Part shown: positions 8,071 through 16,445 of the stretch, piece after piece
How the letters are laid out: every line of letters starts with the position of its first letter
Position numbering within the stretch: the first letter of the stretch is position 1
From: a virus
Lineage: Duplodnaviria; Caudoviricetes
Length of the DNA: 38,424 nucleotides
Virus record (IMG/VR): IMGVR_UViG_3300007363_000011
Span: 1 to 38,424 of that record
Strand: one strand, 5' to 3'
Notes under the pieces: generated by a model
Told to the model about the DNA's origin: nothing
What the model saw: the letters and a program-made list of their open reading frames with translations, nothing else
The model's database searches: none
Program-made: the position numbers and the translations under genes

Positions 8071-9468
8071 TTGCCGCGTAGGGACAGGCTGCCGCCGCAT
8101 TCAGTAGATGCTGAAGAGGCAGTGCTTGGCGCGATTCTTGTCGAGCCTAGCGTCCTAGACAAGTGCACCATAGCCGGGTTGCTTGCGGAAGATTTCTTTC
8201 GCGAGCATCACGGCTGGGTGTACTCGGCAGCGTTAGCGTGTAGGGATGCCGGGCTAGACCCCGGCATCATTACTGTTGCGGCTGAACTAAACAAGCGTGG
8301 AAAGTTAGACGAGTCAGGCGGGGAACCGCTACTCGCAAACTTGGTAGCCAAGTGTCTTACCCCTATCGGGGTAGAGACGCACATCAAGATGGTCGGGGAT
8401 ACGGCTCGACTGAGGCGTACTCTGGTAGCGGCTGGGCAGATTGCCCAACTGGCTTACAGTGAGGAAGACCCTAGTTCAGTACTTGAAAAGGCCCAGTCAC
8501 TTATTGGTGGGCTGGTTCGGGTCAAGGACAGCGGGCTAGAGAAACTTACTGGCGCTCACGTAGAGCAGGCGGAAGGCCCAGAGTGGGGCATCCCTGCTAT
8601 TGATGGTGTGACAATGGGGATGGCACCGGGACGCATGACTATCATCGCTGCACCTACTGGTCAGGGTAAGTCTATGTTGTCCGGTCAGATTGTCAGGCAG
8701 TTTGCTGGTACTGGTGGGCGGGCGGCTATCTTCACGATGGAGATGTCTAACCAAGAGTACCTTTCTCGCATGGCCCATGCTATCTCGGGGGTGCGGATGC
8801 GTTCTTCCAAGAGCGACCCTGCATTTACTGAGTTTGAGCAGGAGCAACTGAATGATGCACGTTCGGTTATTGACAAGTGGGATTTGTATTCGTCTGACAA
8901 GTCTTCCGTCAGTGCCAACGGTATTGCCGCTTCAGTTAGGGCGCTTTCGAGCGAGCGCCCGGTCGGGCTGGTGCTGATTGACTATCTGCAACTGATGGCC
9001 CGTGGCGGTGATAGCCACACCAACGACGCAGAGGCGCTGAAGGCCATTACAGGGGCTATGAAGGGCCTTGCAATGGAGGTCGGCTGCCACGTAGTGATGG
9101 TTAGCCAGATGAACCGGGCTTCCCTGAGCGAGATGCGCCGCAAGGAATCAAATCTGGCGGAGTGCATCATTACCGAAGAGAAGTTTCCGATTCCATTTGC
9201 CGAGTCTCTAATGGGTGGGGCGGTGGAGAATGATGCTGACTTACTTGTCATGCTTCAGAAGCACCCCGGAGAACACTGTTATAATCATGTCGAGGTATGC
9301 GTGGTGAAGAACCGGAACGGTATCACCGGGCATTCGATGATGATTAGCAACTATGCACTTGCTAGACTAGAGACAATGGATTTGTATGCCGTTGGGCGTG
9401 TGGCATCGGGTGACTTGTACAAGCATCGCGCCCTGCTGAAAGACCAAGGGTTGTATATCGGTGACTAA
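8071..9468 (+). CDS. dnaB: Replicative DNA helicase DnaB
   Basis: PPHSVDAEEAVLG N-domain, Walker A APTGQGKS, MEMS, IDYLQL, SQMNR, ENDAD, KNRNG. Confidence 0.93.
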   Translation: MPRRDRLPPHSVDAEEAVLGAILVEPSVLDKCTIAGLLAEDFFREHHGWVYSAALACRDAGLDPGIITVAAELNKRGKLDESGGEPLLANLVAKCLTPIGVETHIKMVGDTARLRRTLVAAGQIAQLAYSEEDPSSVLEKAQSLIGGLVRVKDSGLEKLTGAHVEQAEGPEWGIPAIDGVTMGMAPGRMTIIAAPTGQGKSMLSGQIVRQFAGTGGRAAIFTMEMSNQEYLSRMAHAISGVRMRSSKSDPAFTEFEQEQLNDARSVIDKWDLYSSDKSSVSANGIAASVRALSSERPVGLVLIDYLQLMARGGDSHTNDAEALKAITGAMKGLAMEVGCHVVMVSQMNRASLSEMRRKESNLAECIITEEKFPIPFAESLMGGAVENDADLLVMLQKHPGEHCYNHVEVCVVKNRNGITGHSMMISNYALARLETMDLYAVGRVASGDLYKHRALLKDQGLYIGD

Positions 9469-9655
9469 TCAATACCAGATTCACAAGGTAAACGAACAGT
9501 TCTCCGTAACTCTGGTTCGAGAACTAGAGGAAGAACAGATGCAGGGCTACGAAGAGGTGGCACGCTTCGACTCTCTGAAAGAGGCGACTAACTACGCAGG
9601 AGAACGTGGCGCAGTCATCATTGATTTTGATGCACTGTTGACAACTAACGCATAA
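9461..9655 (+). CDS. Hypothetical protein
   Basis: Overlap-coupled to neighbours. Confidence 0.6.
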   Translation: MTNQYQIHKVNEQFSVTLVRELEEEQMQGYEEVARFDSLKEATNYAGERGAVIIDFDALLTTNA

Positions 9656-9903
9656 TGGATTGTGTGCATCACTGGGTTATTGAATCTCCCGGTGAGGCGA
9701 GGGAGCGTTGGAATGAGCAGTCTCTCGAAGGCGAAGGCCAGACTTACCAGTCTCGATGCAAAAAATGCGGCGCTGAAAAGGATCACATCTCAGACCGCAA
9801 GTTTGACTACCTTGCAGAAGAAGTCAACAAGTCTAATTTCTTCCCAGAGGACATGCCGGAAATGCATCGGAGGGCTAGTCGTCGGCGGCTGGGGCGAGAG
9901 TAG
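9655..9903 (+). CDS. Small Zn-ribbon protein (CxHHWxIExP...CKKCG)
   Basis: TAATG coupling; motif. Confidence 0.7.
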   Translation: MDCVHHWVIESPGEARERWNEQSLEGEGQTYQSRCKKCGAEKDHISDRKFDYLAEEVNKSNFFPEDMPEMHRRASRRRLGRE

Positions 9904-10042
9904 TTGCATCAACTGTGGCTGGGCGGAAGAGTACGAACTGAACCGCCGCTACATGGAAGGTGTGATGGCTAGGATGGCAGAGTCTGGGCTGTCTATCCAA
10001 GCAGAACGATTCAACTTCGAGAAGAAACTTTCTCTCGGATGA
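9812..10042 (+). CDS. Small Zn-ribbon protein (start uncertain)
   Basis: CRKCIGG...CINCGW; ATGA overlap downstream. Confidence 0.55.
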   Translation: MQKKSTSLISSQRTCRKCIGGLVVGGWGESSCINCGWAEEYELNRRYMEGVMARMAESGLSIQAERFNFEKKLSLG

Positions 10043-10164
10043 ACTTGCATTGCCCTCGGTGTGAGCAGTGGGTGCATATCTCACAGATGGTCACTGTCGA
10101 GGGTGATGGGTATGACTACATGGTGTGCAAGCCTTGCCTGACGAAAAAGGATAAGCGTGCCTGA
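10039..10164 (+). CDS. 41-aa Zn-finger peptide
   Basis: Not in the track: MNLHCPRCEQ...VCKPCLTKKDKRA; ATGA overlap. Confidence 0.6.
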   Translation: MNLHCPRCEQWVHISQMVTVEGDGYDYMVCKPCLTKKDKRA

Positions 10165-10588
10165 GCCCCGCGTCCCCACCAAGTACACGCTCAAGAAGTA
10201 TGGCATTACCGAAGAGGATTGGCGTGCGATTCTTGACAGGCAGGGTGGTGTATGCGGGGTGTGTGGGCTAGTGCCTGAGTCTGGCACGTTGCACATTGAG
10301 CATGAGCATGTCAGAGGTTGGAAGAAGATGCCCCCTGAAGACCGGAAGCGGTTTGTCAGGGGGCTTTGTTGTTTCACCTGTAACACCCGGTGGGTAGGGC
10401 GGGGCGCTACGCCCCAGAAACTACGCGCTGCCGCTAAGTACCTAGAGGAATACGATAGGCGCAAGTATGAAACGATCACCGATGCGCCGAACCAAGGGGC
10501 TGAACAAACAGTCAGCAAAAGGAAAGCAAAACCATCAGGACTGGATAAAACGCAGGGACGAAAAGTTAAGGGTACATCCATCCTGTGA
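10157..10588 (+). CDS. Recombination endonuclease VII-like nuclease
   Basis: KYGIT..W..IL.RQGGVCGVC, LHIEHEH, VRGLCCxxCN. Confidence 0.85.
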   Translation: MPEPRVPTKYTLKKYGITEEDWRAILDRQGGVCGVCGLVPESGTLHIEHEHVRGWKKMPPEDRKRFVRGLCCFTCNTRWVGRGATPQKLRAAAKYLEEYDRRKYETITDAPNQGAEQTVSKRKAKPSGLDKTQGRKVKGTSIL

Positions 10589-10775
10589 GGGTAAGGGCGT
10601 CATTGAAGGTGACTGTTGGGGGTGGATGACAGTACACCACAAGATGCCACGTAGCATGGGTGGTACGCAGCATGACGACTCGCCGCTAGTAACGCTCTGC
10701 GTTAAGCACCATGACTGGATTGAGGGGAATAGGGAATGGGCGAAAGAGCATGGGTGGCTTCTAAGGAAAACGTAA
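10467..10775 (+). CDS. HNH endonuclease
   Basis: MKRSPMRR, CEG...C, VHHKMPRSMGG, LVTLCxxHH. Confidence 0.8.
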   Translation: MKRSPMRRTKGLNKQSAKGKQNHQDWIKRRDEKLRVHPSCEGKGVIEGDCWGWMTVHHKMPRSMGGTQHDDSPLVTLCVKHHDWIEGNREWAKEHGWLLRKT

Positions 10776-10927
10776 TGTGGGGCTGGTGTGACTACTGTGA
10801 TCCATTCGGAGAGTTCACGCCAGCGTACCTGTCAAAGAACATGCCTACTGTAAGGTATTATGATACCTACAAGTTATGCCTTAGTTGCAAGTGTGTTACT
10901 ATTATCGAGGACAGGGGAGATGGTTAA
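10775..10927 (+). CDS. Small Zn-binding protein
   Basis: TAATG coupling; CDYC...CLSC. Confidence 0.55.
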   Translation: MWGWCDYCDPFGEFTPAYLSKNMPTVRYYDTYKLCLSCKCVTIIEDRGDG

Positions 10928-10961
10928 CTCAGCACTCCAATGTAAAGAACGAGGTGAAGTC

Positions 10962-11405
10962 ATGAATACACCTGAACGCGCCCCCACGCCGGAGCCGGTG
11001 ACACCTGACCTAGAGGAAGCGCGCAAAGTGCTGATGCGGTCGCACGACTGCTTTGAATGGATCGCGCGATGTCAGGACGAGTTATCGGCCTTCGAGGCTG
11101 CTGCCATCGCAAAGGGCCGCGCAGAGGAGCGTGGGCGTATTCAGACACAGGAGTGCCCCGAAGAAGAGCCGGTGTATGCCAGAGACATCATCCAGCGCAT
11201 GACCGAGGCGCTGATCTGGTGCGGCGGCTCTCCCTCGTTCGGCCCGGATGGCGAGGCTCGCGAGGGGTGGCTGAAACTCTGTCGCCCGCTGATTGACGAG
11301 GCGCTGCGCTTGCCGCACGACCCGGCCCCTCCTACCGAATCCGAAGCACGCCAGAAGATGATCTACGCCCCTGCGGAAGTCCCTGCAAGGGATGGTGAAG
11401 CGTGA
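10962..11405 (+). CDS. Hypothetical protein
   Basis: RBS GAGGTG before ATG 10962; GTGA overlap with the next gene. Confidence 0.65.
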   Translation: MNTPERAPTPEPVTPDLEEARKVLMRSHDCFEWIARCQDELSAFEAAAIAKGRAEERGRIQTQECPEEEPVYARDIIQRMTEALIWCGGSPSFGPDGEAREGWLKLCRPLIDEALRLPHDPAPPTESEARQKMIYAPAEVPARDGEA

Positions 11406-11587
11406 GCGATCAGCGCCCGCTCCTCCTGCTGCCCGAGGTGGCCGAGGAACTGCGCGTGAGCGTCGGGACGCTGCGCAACTGGATTCGTGACGGCAGGGTG
11501 CGCGCGATTCGGCTACCGGGCGGCACGCTGCGTATAACCCGCGCCGAGTTCGATCGCGTGGCTGCATCTGATGGGAAGGTGGAGTAG
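11402..11587 (+). CDS. Excisionase-family (HTH_17) DNA-binding protein
   Basis: LLLPEVAEELRVSVGTLRNWIRDGRVRAIRLPGGTLRI. Confidence 0.88.
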   Translation: MSDQRPLLLLPEVAEELRVSVGTLRNWIRDGRVRAIRLPGGTLRITRAEFDRVAASDGKVE

Positions 11588-12343
11588 ATGGTTAATGTAA
11601 ATCCGTGTAAGGTAATTCCAAACACCAGCATTGTTTCTGGCATGCCTACAGTAAGTGGTGGGCCGTTCCCGCAAAGCGTAGTAATGAACGTCACCAGCCC
11701 GTATGGGCCGCGCGACCCTATCTATACCCCAAACGGGACTACTTCAAACTTTCATTTTGGTGTAGACTTTTGGACACCGGGGCAACAGCCACCGCTAGTA
11801 GCAATGACCGACGGTGTAGTCCGACTCTCTGTTGCTGGTGATAGCATTGTTGGCAACTGGATTCGTGTTGAGAACGATGAATACTCATGGGAGTATTATC
11901 ACCTCGACCAGCCGCCGCCACTTAAGATTGGCGATGATGTAGTAGCCGGTCAGGTAGTAGGTCAGGTGGGCGCAACTGGCATGGCTACCGGCCCTCATCT
12001 CCACCTCGGCATCCAGCAGAACGGGTCAACGGTAGACCCCATGCCGTTCCTTGTAGGCGGCGGGCCATCCGTATCAATCACCCCTGAGTTCCGTCCATCA
12101 CCGCCGCTGTTCTCTGAACAGGGAACATCCCTTGTGACGTTTACTGGCGGCACGTCAACAGACATTGAGAACCTTGCACGTCAGGCTGGCGCAACTGGTG
12201 CATGGGTACAGGACAAGACTGGCAAGTTCCAACTCTTGATTGTTGACGGGCCGGACTTCATGCGTCAACTATTTGATTCAGCGTTTCCCACGCCGTTTGG
12301 CGTGTGTGCAATTAGCCTTACGAAAGCATTGGGAGGAATGTAA
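11588..12343 (+). CDS. M23 metallopeptidase, putative endolysin, with C-terminal binding domain
   Basis: TSPYGPR, HFGVD (HxxxD), YYHL, GATGMATGPHLH, VDPMPFL. Confidence 0.88.
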   Translation: MVNVNPCKVIPNTSIVSGMPTVSGGPFPQSVVMNVTSPYGPRDPIYTPNGTTSNFHFGVDFWTPGQQPPLVAMTDGVVRLSVAGDSIVGNWIRVENDEYSWEYYHLDQPPPLKIGDDVVAGQVVGQVGATGMATGPHLHLGIQQNGSTVDPMPFLVGGGPSVSITPEFRPSPPLFSEQGTSLVTFTGGTSTDIENLARQAGATGAWVQDKTGKFQLLIVDGPDFMRQLFDSAFPTPFGVCAISLTKALGGM

Positions 12344-12537
12344 TGATTAAGTATCTTTGGAACAAACTGCCATACGAAGAGCAGAAGTTAATCTCTGGTG
12401 CTATTGTCGCACTTCTTGCGGCAGGGGCGGTACGCACCATGGAAGGAAGCATCGTGGTTGACACGGTAGTAGCAACTACGGTGCTGGTACGGTACGCAAC
12501 CGACAGCATCCAGCGTGCGCTTGAGCCCAATGAGTAA
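12343..12537 (+). CDS. Putative holin
   Basis: Hydrophobic 64 aa, TAATG-coupled to the M23 gene. Confidence 0.5.
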   Translation: MIKYLWNKLPYEEQKLISGAIVALLAAGAVRTMEGSIVVDTVVATTVLVRYATDSIQRALEPNE

Positions 12538-12880
12538 CTACATGAGTACCGAGGGGGAAGACCTCGGCAACTGTGGCGATCCGTCATGCGATTTATGCCG
12601 CAACAGTAAGACGATTCTAGAGCGGGCTGCTGATGCCGTGTTCAATGACCGGCAGGAAAACTACGGGCATCCGTCTCGTAACTTTGCACGCATTGCCAGT
12701 CTTTGGAATGCGTATCTAAGTCAGTATGGCACAACAAAAATTGCCTCTGAAGATGTTGCTATCATGATGATTCTCATGAAGGTAGCGCGTCTGATTGAAA
12801 CCCCAGACCACGAAGATTCTATCGTGGATATTGCTGGCTATGCCGAGGCATACGCCCGCATGCTGGGCATCGACAAGTAA
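12530..12880 (+). CDS. DUF6378-family all-alpha protein
   Basis: DRQENYGHP..NFARIASLW, DVAIMMILMKVAR, HEDSIVDIAGYA. Confidence 0.85.
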   Translation: MSNYMSTEGEDLGNCGDPSCDLCRNSKTILERAADAVFNDRQENYGHPSRNFARIASLWNAYLSQYGTTKIASEDVAIMMILMKVARLIETPDHEDSIVDIAGYAEAYARMLGIDK

Positions 12881-12904
12881 ACCCTGTGGCGGGGTGAGGT
12901 AACG

Positions 12905-13768
12905 ATGAAACACTTAATCGTAGATGTACCGACTAACGAGGTACATCTGTACCCCATCTCTGACGTTCAAGTGGGCGCAGCGGGTGTGGCTACGGAGCAG
13001 TTCGTAGCCCACATTGCTGAAGCAAAGAAAGACCCACTGGCAATGTTCTTTGGAGGGGGCGATTACACTGACTCGCTCTCACCGTCCAACAGGAAACATC
13101 TCAAGGCTGCGTTCTTACGTGGTGATTTGTACGACACGCCAGAAAGTATGCTTGAAGAGAAGGGCAAGGAACACGCCCGCGAGTTCCTTGAACTGGTAGA
13201 GGGTACTGAAGGGCAGTGGAATTTCTTGCTGAAGGGGCACCACCTTAATGAGTACAAGGTGCAGAACTCTGACGGTACTCATACTATCCGCACCACTGAC
13301 CATGACATTGCCGAGGCTTTAGGTGCCCCATATCTAGGGGAACCCGGTGAGAAGATTGGTCAGGCGCTTATCTCTTACCGCTTCCCTGCACACGTAGCGG
13401 GGCGCAAGCGCCCTGTGATGCGTATGTTCGCCATGCATGGGCAGGGTGGGGGCGGTACGTGGGGTGCGCCACTCAACCAACTGGAGAAGATGAGCAAGGG
13501 CTTTAACGCCCACGTCTACTACGTAGCCCATCACCACAAACTGCTGTCCGGTGCTACGGTAAAACTCCATGAAGGCCCCGAGGCTACCACGAGGCTGAAG
13601 GCTACGGACTCACGGGTTGTGGCTGGCGGATCATGGCTGCGCGGGTACATCCCCGATGAGATTACCTACGCTGAGGATGGCGTTATGCCCCCTCTCGCCA
13701 TCGGTGCCCCGGTTATCTACGTAACATCCATGAAGGATGGGACGTTTAGGATTAAGGTACTGACGTGA
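12905..13768 (+). CDS. Calcineurin-like metallophosphoesterase
   Basis: SDVQVG, GGDYTD, KGHH, MHG and AHHH in canonical order. Confidence 0.78.
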   Translation: MKHLIVDVPTNEVHLYPISDVQVGAAGVATEQFVAHIAEAKKDPLAMFFGGGDYTDSLSPSNRKHLKAAFLRGDLYDTPESMLEEKGKEHAREFLELVEGTEGQWNFLLKGHHLNEYKVQNSDGTHTIRTTDHDIAEALGAPYLGEPGEKIGQALISYRFPAHVAGRKRPVMRMFAMHGQGGGGTWGAPLNQLEKMSKGFNAHVYYVAHHHKLLSGATVKLHEGPEATTRLKATDSRVVAGGSWLRGYIPDEITYAEDGVMPPLAIGAPVIYVTSMKDGTFRIKVLT

Positions 13769-14076
13769 TGCACGTTGCCCGCGCCGCATCTAGGCTGAGT
13801 CCAATCAAGCCGAAGATGGGTGCTGCTATCGTCAAGGGCGGACGTGTGCTTGGCGTAGGGTACAACCGCCCCGGTTCAACCCAGTGGAATCACTGGTCAA
13901 GACACGCAGAAACTACCGCCATCATTGCAGCGGGGGATTGCAGGGGCGCTACGCTGTACGTGTACCGCGAGCATGGCATGACCGGCGAGCCGATGATGGC
14001 GAAGCCATGCTCAGGATGTGAAGAAGCCATCTCTCTCGCTGGTATCAGGCGGGTAATCTACACTAAGCCTGAATAA
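13765..14076 (+). CDS. Cytidine/dCMP deaminase-superfamily protein (second deaminase)
   Basis: MGAAIV, GYN, HAE, KPCSGC, GIRRVIY. Confidence 0.88.
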   Translation: MMHVARAASRLSPIKPKMGAAIVKGGRVLGVGYNRPGSTQWNHWSRHAETTAIIAAGDCRGATLYVYREHGMTGEPMMAKPCSGCEEAISLAGIRRVIYTKPE

Positions 14077-14113
14077 CAGAAAACCCCCAGGAGGTGGAGC
14101 CGGGGGTTCTCTG
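14077..14113 (-). terminator. Intrinsic terminator at the convergence of the two arms
   Basis: Minus strand reads CAGAGAACCCCCGG-loop-CTGGGGGTTTTCTG-TTATT; a second hairpin GAGGC...GCCTC-TTT lies at ~14127-14145. Confidence 0.75.
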
Positions 14114-14182
14114 CGGAGAGGGACACGAGGCGAATCGGCCTCTTTGAGTATTCTAGCCAACGACGCATAGGCCGTCAACCCC

Positions 14183-14437
14183 CTAATCTTCTTCTTCCTC
14201 ATGCGGGAACCACGTAGTCATTAGTGAATCAATGCCAGCGTGTAGCAAGCCGATAGCGTAAGCCGCTGGCACTTCGGTACCAAGCATCTCAAAGTACCCG
14301 GCTTCTTCGTCATAGACAATGACTACGGTGTAAGCCTCTGGGTGTTCAGCAAGAGTCTCACTCAGGGCAGTCATCATTTCCTCTGAGTTGGTGGAACCGA
14401 GAATCTTTTTTACCTCATCGTTAATGTCAAAGTCCAT
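14183..14437 (-). CDS. Acidic hypothetical protein
   Basis: Last gene of the late arm. Confidence 0.7.
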   Translation of the reverse strand: MDFDINDEVKKILGSTNSEEMMTALSETLAEHPEAYTVVIVYDEEAGYFEMLGTEVPAAYAIGLLHAGIDSLMTTWFPHEEEED

Positions 14438-14438
14438 G

Positions 14439-14693
14439 TTACTGACCTAACTTATCTCTGATAAAACCCTCGGCAATAGTTACCAAGAAAGCCGCTGCGC
14501 TACCTATCCCAAAGACAGTAGCAGGGTTGGGGGCGGTACGCTCCTCAATCTTGGTTCTTAAGATTGCCAACTCTTCGAGTACACCCGGCTTGCCATTACC
14601 GTATACGGTGTGAGACATCTGTTCGATAGCCGTAATGATGGCGTCCTGCTTTGTCTCTATGCGCGCCAGCCGGTCAATAACCTCATCGCTCAT
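14439..14693 (-). CDS. Coiled-coil protein with C-terminal TM segment (XhlA/holin-like)
   Basis: RLARIETKQD...GNGKPG...hydrophobic tail. Confidence 0.6.
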   Translation of the reverse strand: MSDEVIDRLARIETKQDAIITAIEQMSHTVYGNGKPGVLEELAILRTKIEERTAPNPATVFGIGSAAAFLVTIAEGFIRDKLGQ

Positions 14694-15001
14694 GGGTTAG
14701 CCGGGATGCTTTCTAGGGAACCTTGCCCAGCGGCCACCAGTACCCCATCGCCAGTCCATCGGTACGTCCACGTACCGCCCTGATTGATAACAAAGTCACA
14801 GTAGTAAACGCCTGTAGAATCCTTGGTGATTTCAGGGTCGATACCGTAGACGTATGTTACCTCCGTACCATCGGGAGCGTGGGTGGTGAATTCAACATCG
14901 GTAGGGTCAGCCTCATCCGTATACAAGTCCGTAAACGTAGCGGTGATTCTGACCGTATTCCCCTGAATATATGCGGCGATTGGAGCACCGTAGTTATTCA
15001 T
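14690..15001 (-). CDS. Ig-like virion accessory protein
   Basis: Beta-rich ADPT...PDG...STGVYY...GTWxYRW pattern. Confidence 0.6.
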   Translation of the reverse strand: MNNYGAPIAAYIQGNTVRITATFTDLYTDEADPTDVEFTTHAPDGTEVTYVYGIDPEITKDSTGVYYCDFVINQGGTWTYRWTGDGVLVAAGQGSLESIPANP

Positions 15002-15960
15002 TAAAATGCCTGACTTTCTACTGCTACGTTTGTTGCAGTCACTCTAATCGTTACTAGAGTGTAAGCACTGGTTAGGCTCACACTACCCGCAAACCCTACT
15101 TGTTGACCTGTAAGAACCAGCGCGCCGGGGGTGGGGCGCACCACCGACAATAGCCTTGGAACGCTGCCAGAGAGGACTAGTGACGCGCGAGCGGGGCGCG
15201 TGACATATGTTAGGGTCGGCGTGCTAAGGCTGGTAGAAAGGGCTCCTGCGGCTGGATTGATTGAATCCGTCAGTGACGGCGTTAAGCCAGTAAGGGTCAG
15301 GCTTCCAGCCGTTGGCCGAAGAATGGACTTAAGTGCTGGTGTGCGGCCAGTAAGCGTTAGAGACCCAGCAGACGGTGAAATTACAAAACTGATAATAACG
15401 CTTGGCGTCTCACCCGTAAGGGTAAGCGAGCCAGCCGCTGGATTAATCAGATAACCAACTAGGACTGTAGGCGTCGATCCGCTGAGGGTAAGCGATGCTG
15501 CCGCTGGGGCAATTTTAAGGGTGATGCTGGGGGTAAGCCCAGTAAGCACCAATGACCCAGCAGGGGGCTTAATGTATTCACTCACAATAACTCCGGGCGT
15601 TTGCCCGGTAAGGGTCAGACTTCCAGCAGCGGGCGCAATCTTAGATGTCAGCGATGGTGTTTGGCCGGATAGCGTCAGCGATGCGGCAGCAGGCTTCAGC
15701 GTCGTCTTCAGCGAGACTGCCTGACCCGTTAATGTCAGTGCCCCTGCATCGGGACGCAGGGTTGACTTAAGTGTCGGCGTTTGCCCAGTAAGCGTCAGGC
15801 TGCCAGCGGCAGGTGCAATATATTTACCTACATTAACCGATGGCACCTTGCCAACGGTGTTAAGCGTAGTTTCATTCAGGTCAAAGTCATATCCGGCATC
15901 GTCAAAGTTAAATCCGTCATAGATAACATATCCGGGAGCCGGAGTAATGACGTAATTCAT
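15001..15960 (-). CDS. Tail fibre-like protein with 12 repeats of PAAGSLTLTGxTP
   Basis: 20-22-aa units visible in the translation (15097-15813). Confidence 0.75.
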   Translation of the reverse strand: MNYVITPAPGYVIYDGFNFDDAGYDFDLNETTLNTVGKVPSVNVGKYIAPAAGSLTLTGQTPTLKSTLRPDAGALTLTGQAVSLKTTLKPAAASLTLSGQTPSLTSKIAPAAGSLTLTGQTPGVIVSEYIKPPAGSLVLTGLTPSITLKIAPAAASLTLSGSTPTVLVGYLINPAAGSLTLTGETPSVIISFVISPSAGSLTLTGRTPALKSILRPTAGSLTLTGLTPSLTDSINPAAGALSTSLSTPTLTYVTRPARASLVLSGSVPRLLSVVRPTPGALVLTGQQVGFAGSVSLTSAYTLVTIRVTATNVAVESQAF

Positions 15961-15974
15961 TTACCAGATTCCAA

Positions 15975-16379
15975 TTAAACCGGCAGCGGCTTGTTACTAG
16001 AAGATACAGTAACAAGCATACCCGAAGTCTTAAGGACTCGGATTGCTTTAGCGTTGACGTTTGGTGAAAAGTTTACAGTTACCGTATCGCTGTTGACCAG
16101 CGCAGAAGTAGCCGTGGCTACGTACAATGCTACGGGTGTACCATCGTTAGATGCTGAACCAGCAGTGCGGTTTTGCAGAAATGCTTGGTTGTAGGTATTA
16201 CTCTTGGAGTCTACAACGCTGCTAATGGCACTTGCGCCAGAAGTACCAGAGTTGTCAGCGGCAATAGCAACAAGCACAAGTTCATTGGCGCTTACCCCGG
16301 TAGCACCAATAGTCGCAGCGATATTTGCTGAACCAGTCTGGTTTCCAGCCCCAACGAGCGACGTGACGACAATTGCCAA
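15975..16379 (-). CDS. Virion/tail accessory protein
   Basis: TTG start after GGGGAG; Ala/Ser/Thr-rich beta composition. Confidence 0.65.
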   Translation of the reverse strand: MAIVVTSLVGAGNQTGSANIAATIGATGVSANELVLVAIAADNSGTSGASAISSVVDSKSNTYNQAFLQNRTAGSASNDGTPVALYVATATSALVNSDTVTVNFSPNVNAKAIRVLKTSGMLVTVSSSNKPLPV

Positions 16380-16393
16380 TTACGCGCTCCCCA

Positions 16394-16421
16394 CGCTCCG
16401 GGACATTCTAGTCCCGGAGCG
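16394..16421. promoter_or_regulatory. Perfect 11-bp hairpin next to an RBS
   Basis: CGCTCCGGGAC-ATTCTA-GTCCCGGAGCG. Confidence 0.6.
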
Positions 16422-16445
16422 CTACTGTTTACTCTGTCAGTGGCC

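Noticed and set aside
11402-11587. Excisionase as evidence of an integrating lifestyle
   Set aside because: No integrase or att site is recognisable; HTH_17 proteins often act as stand-alone regulators
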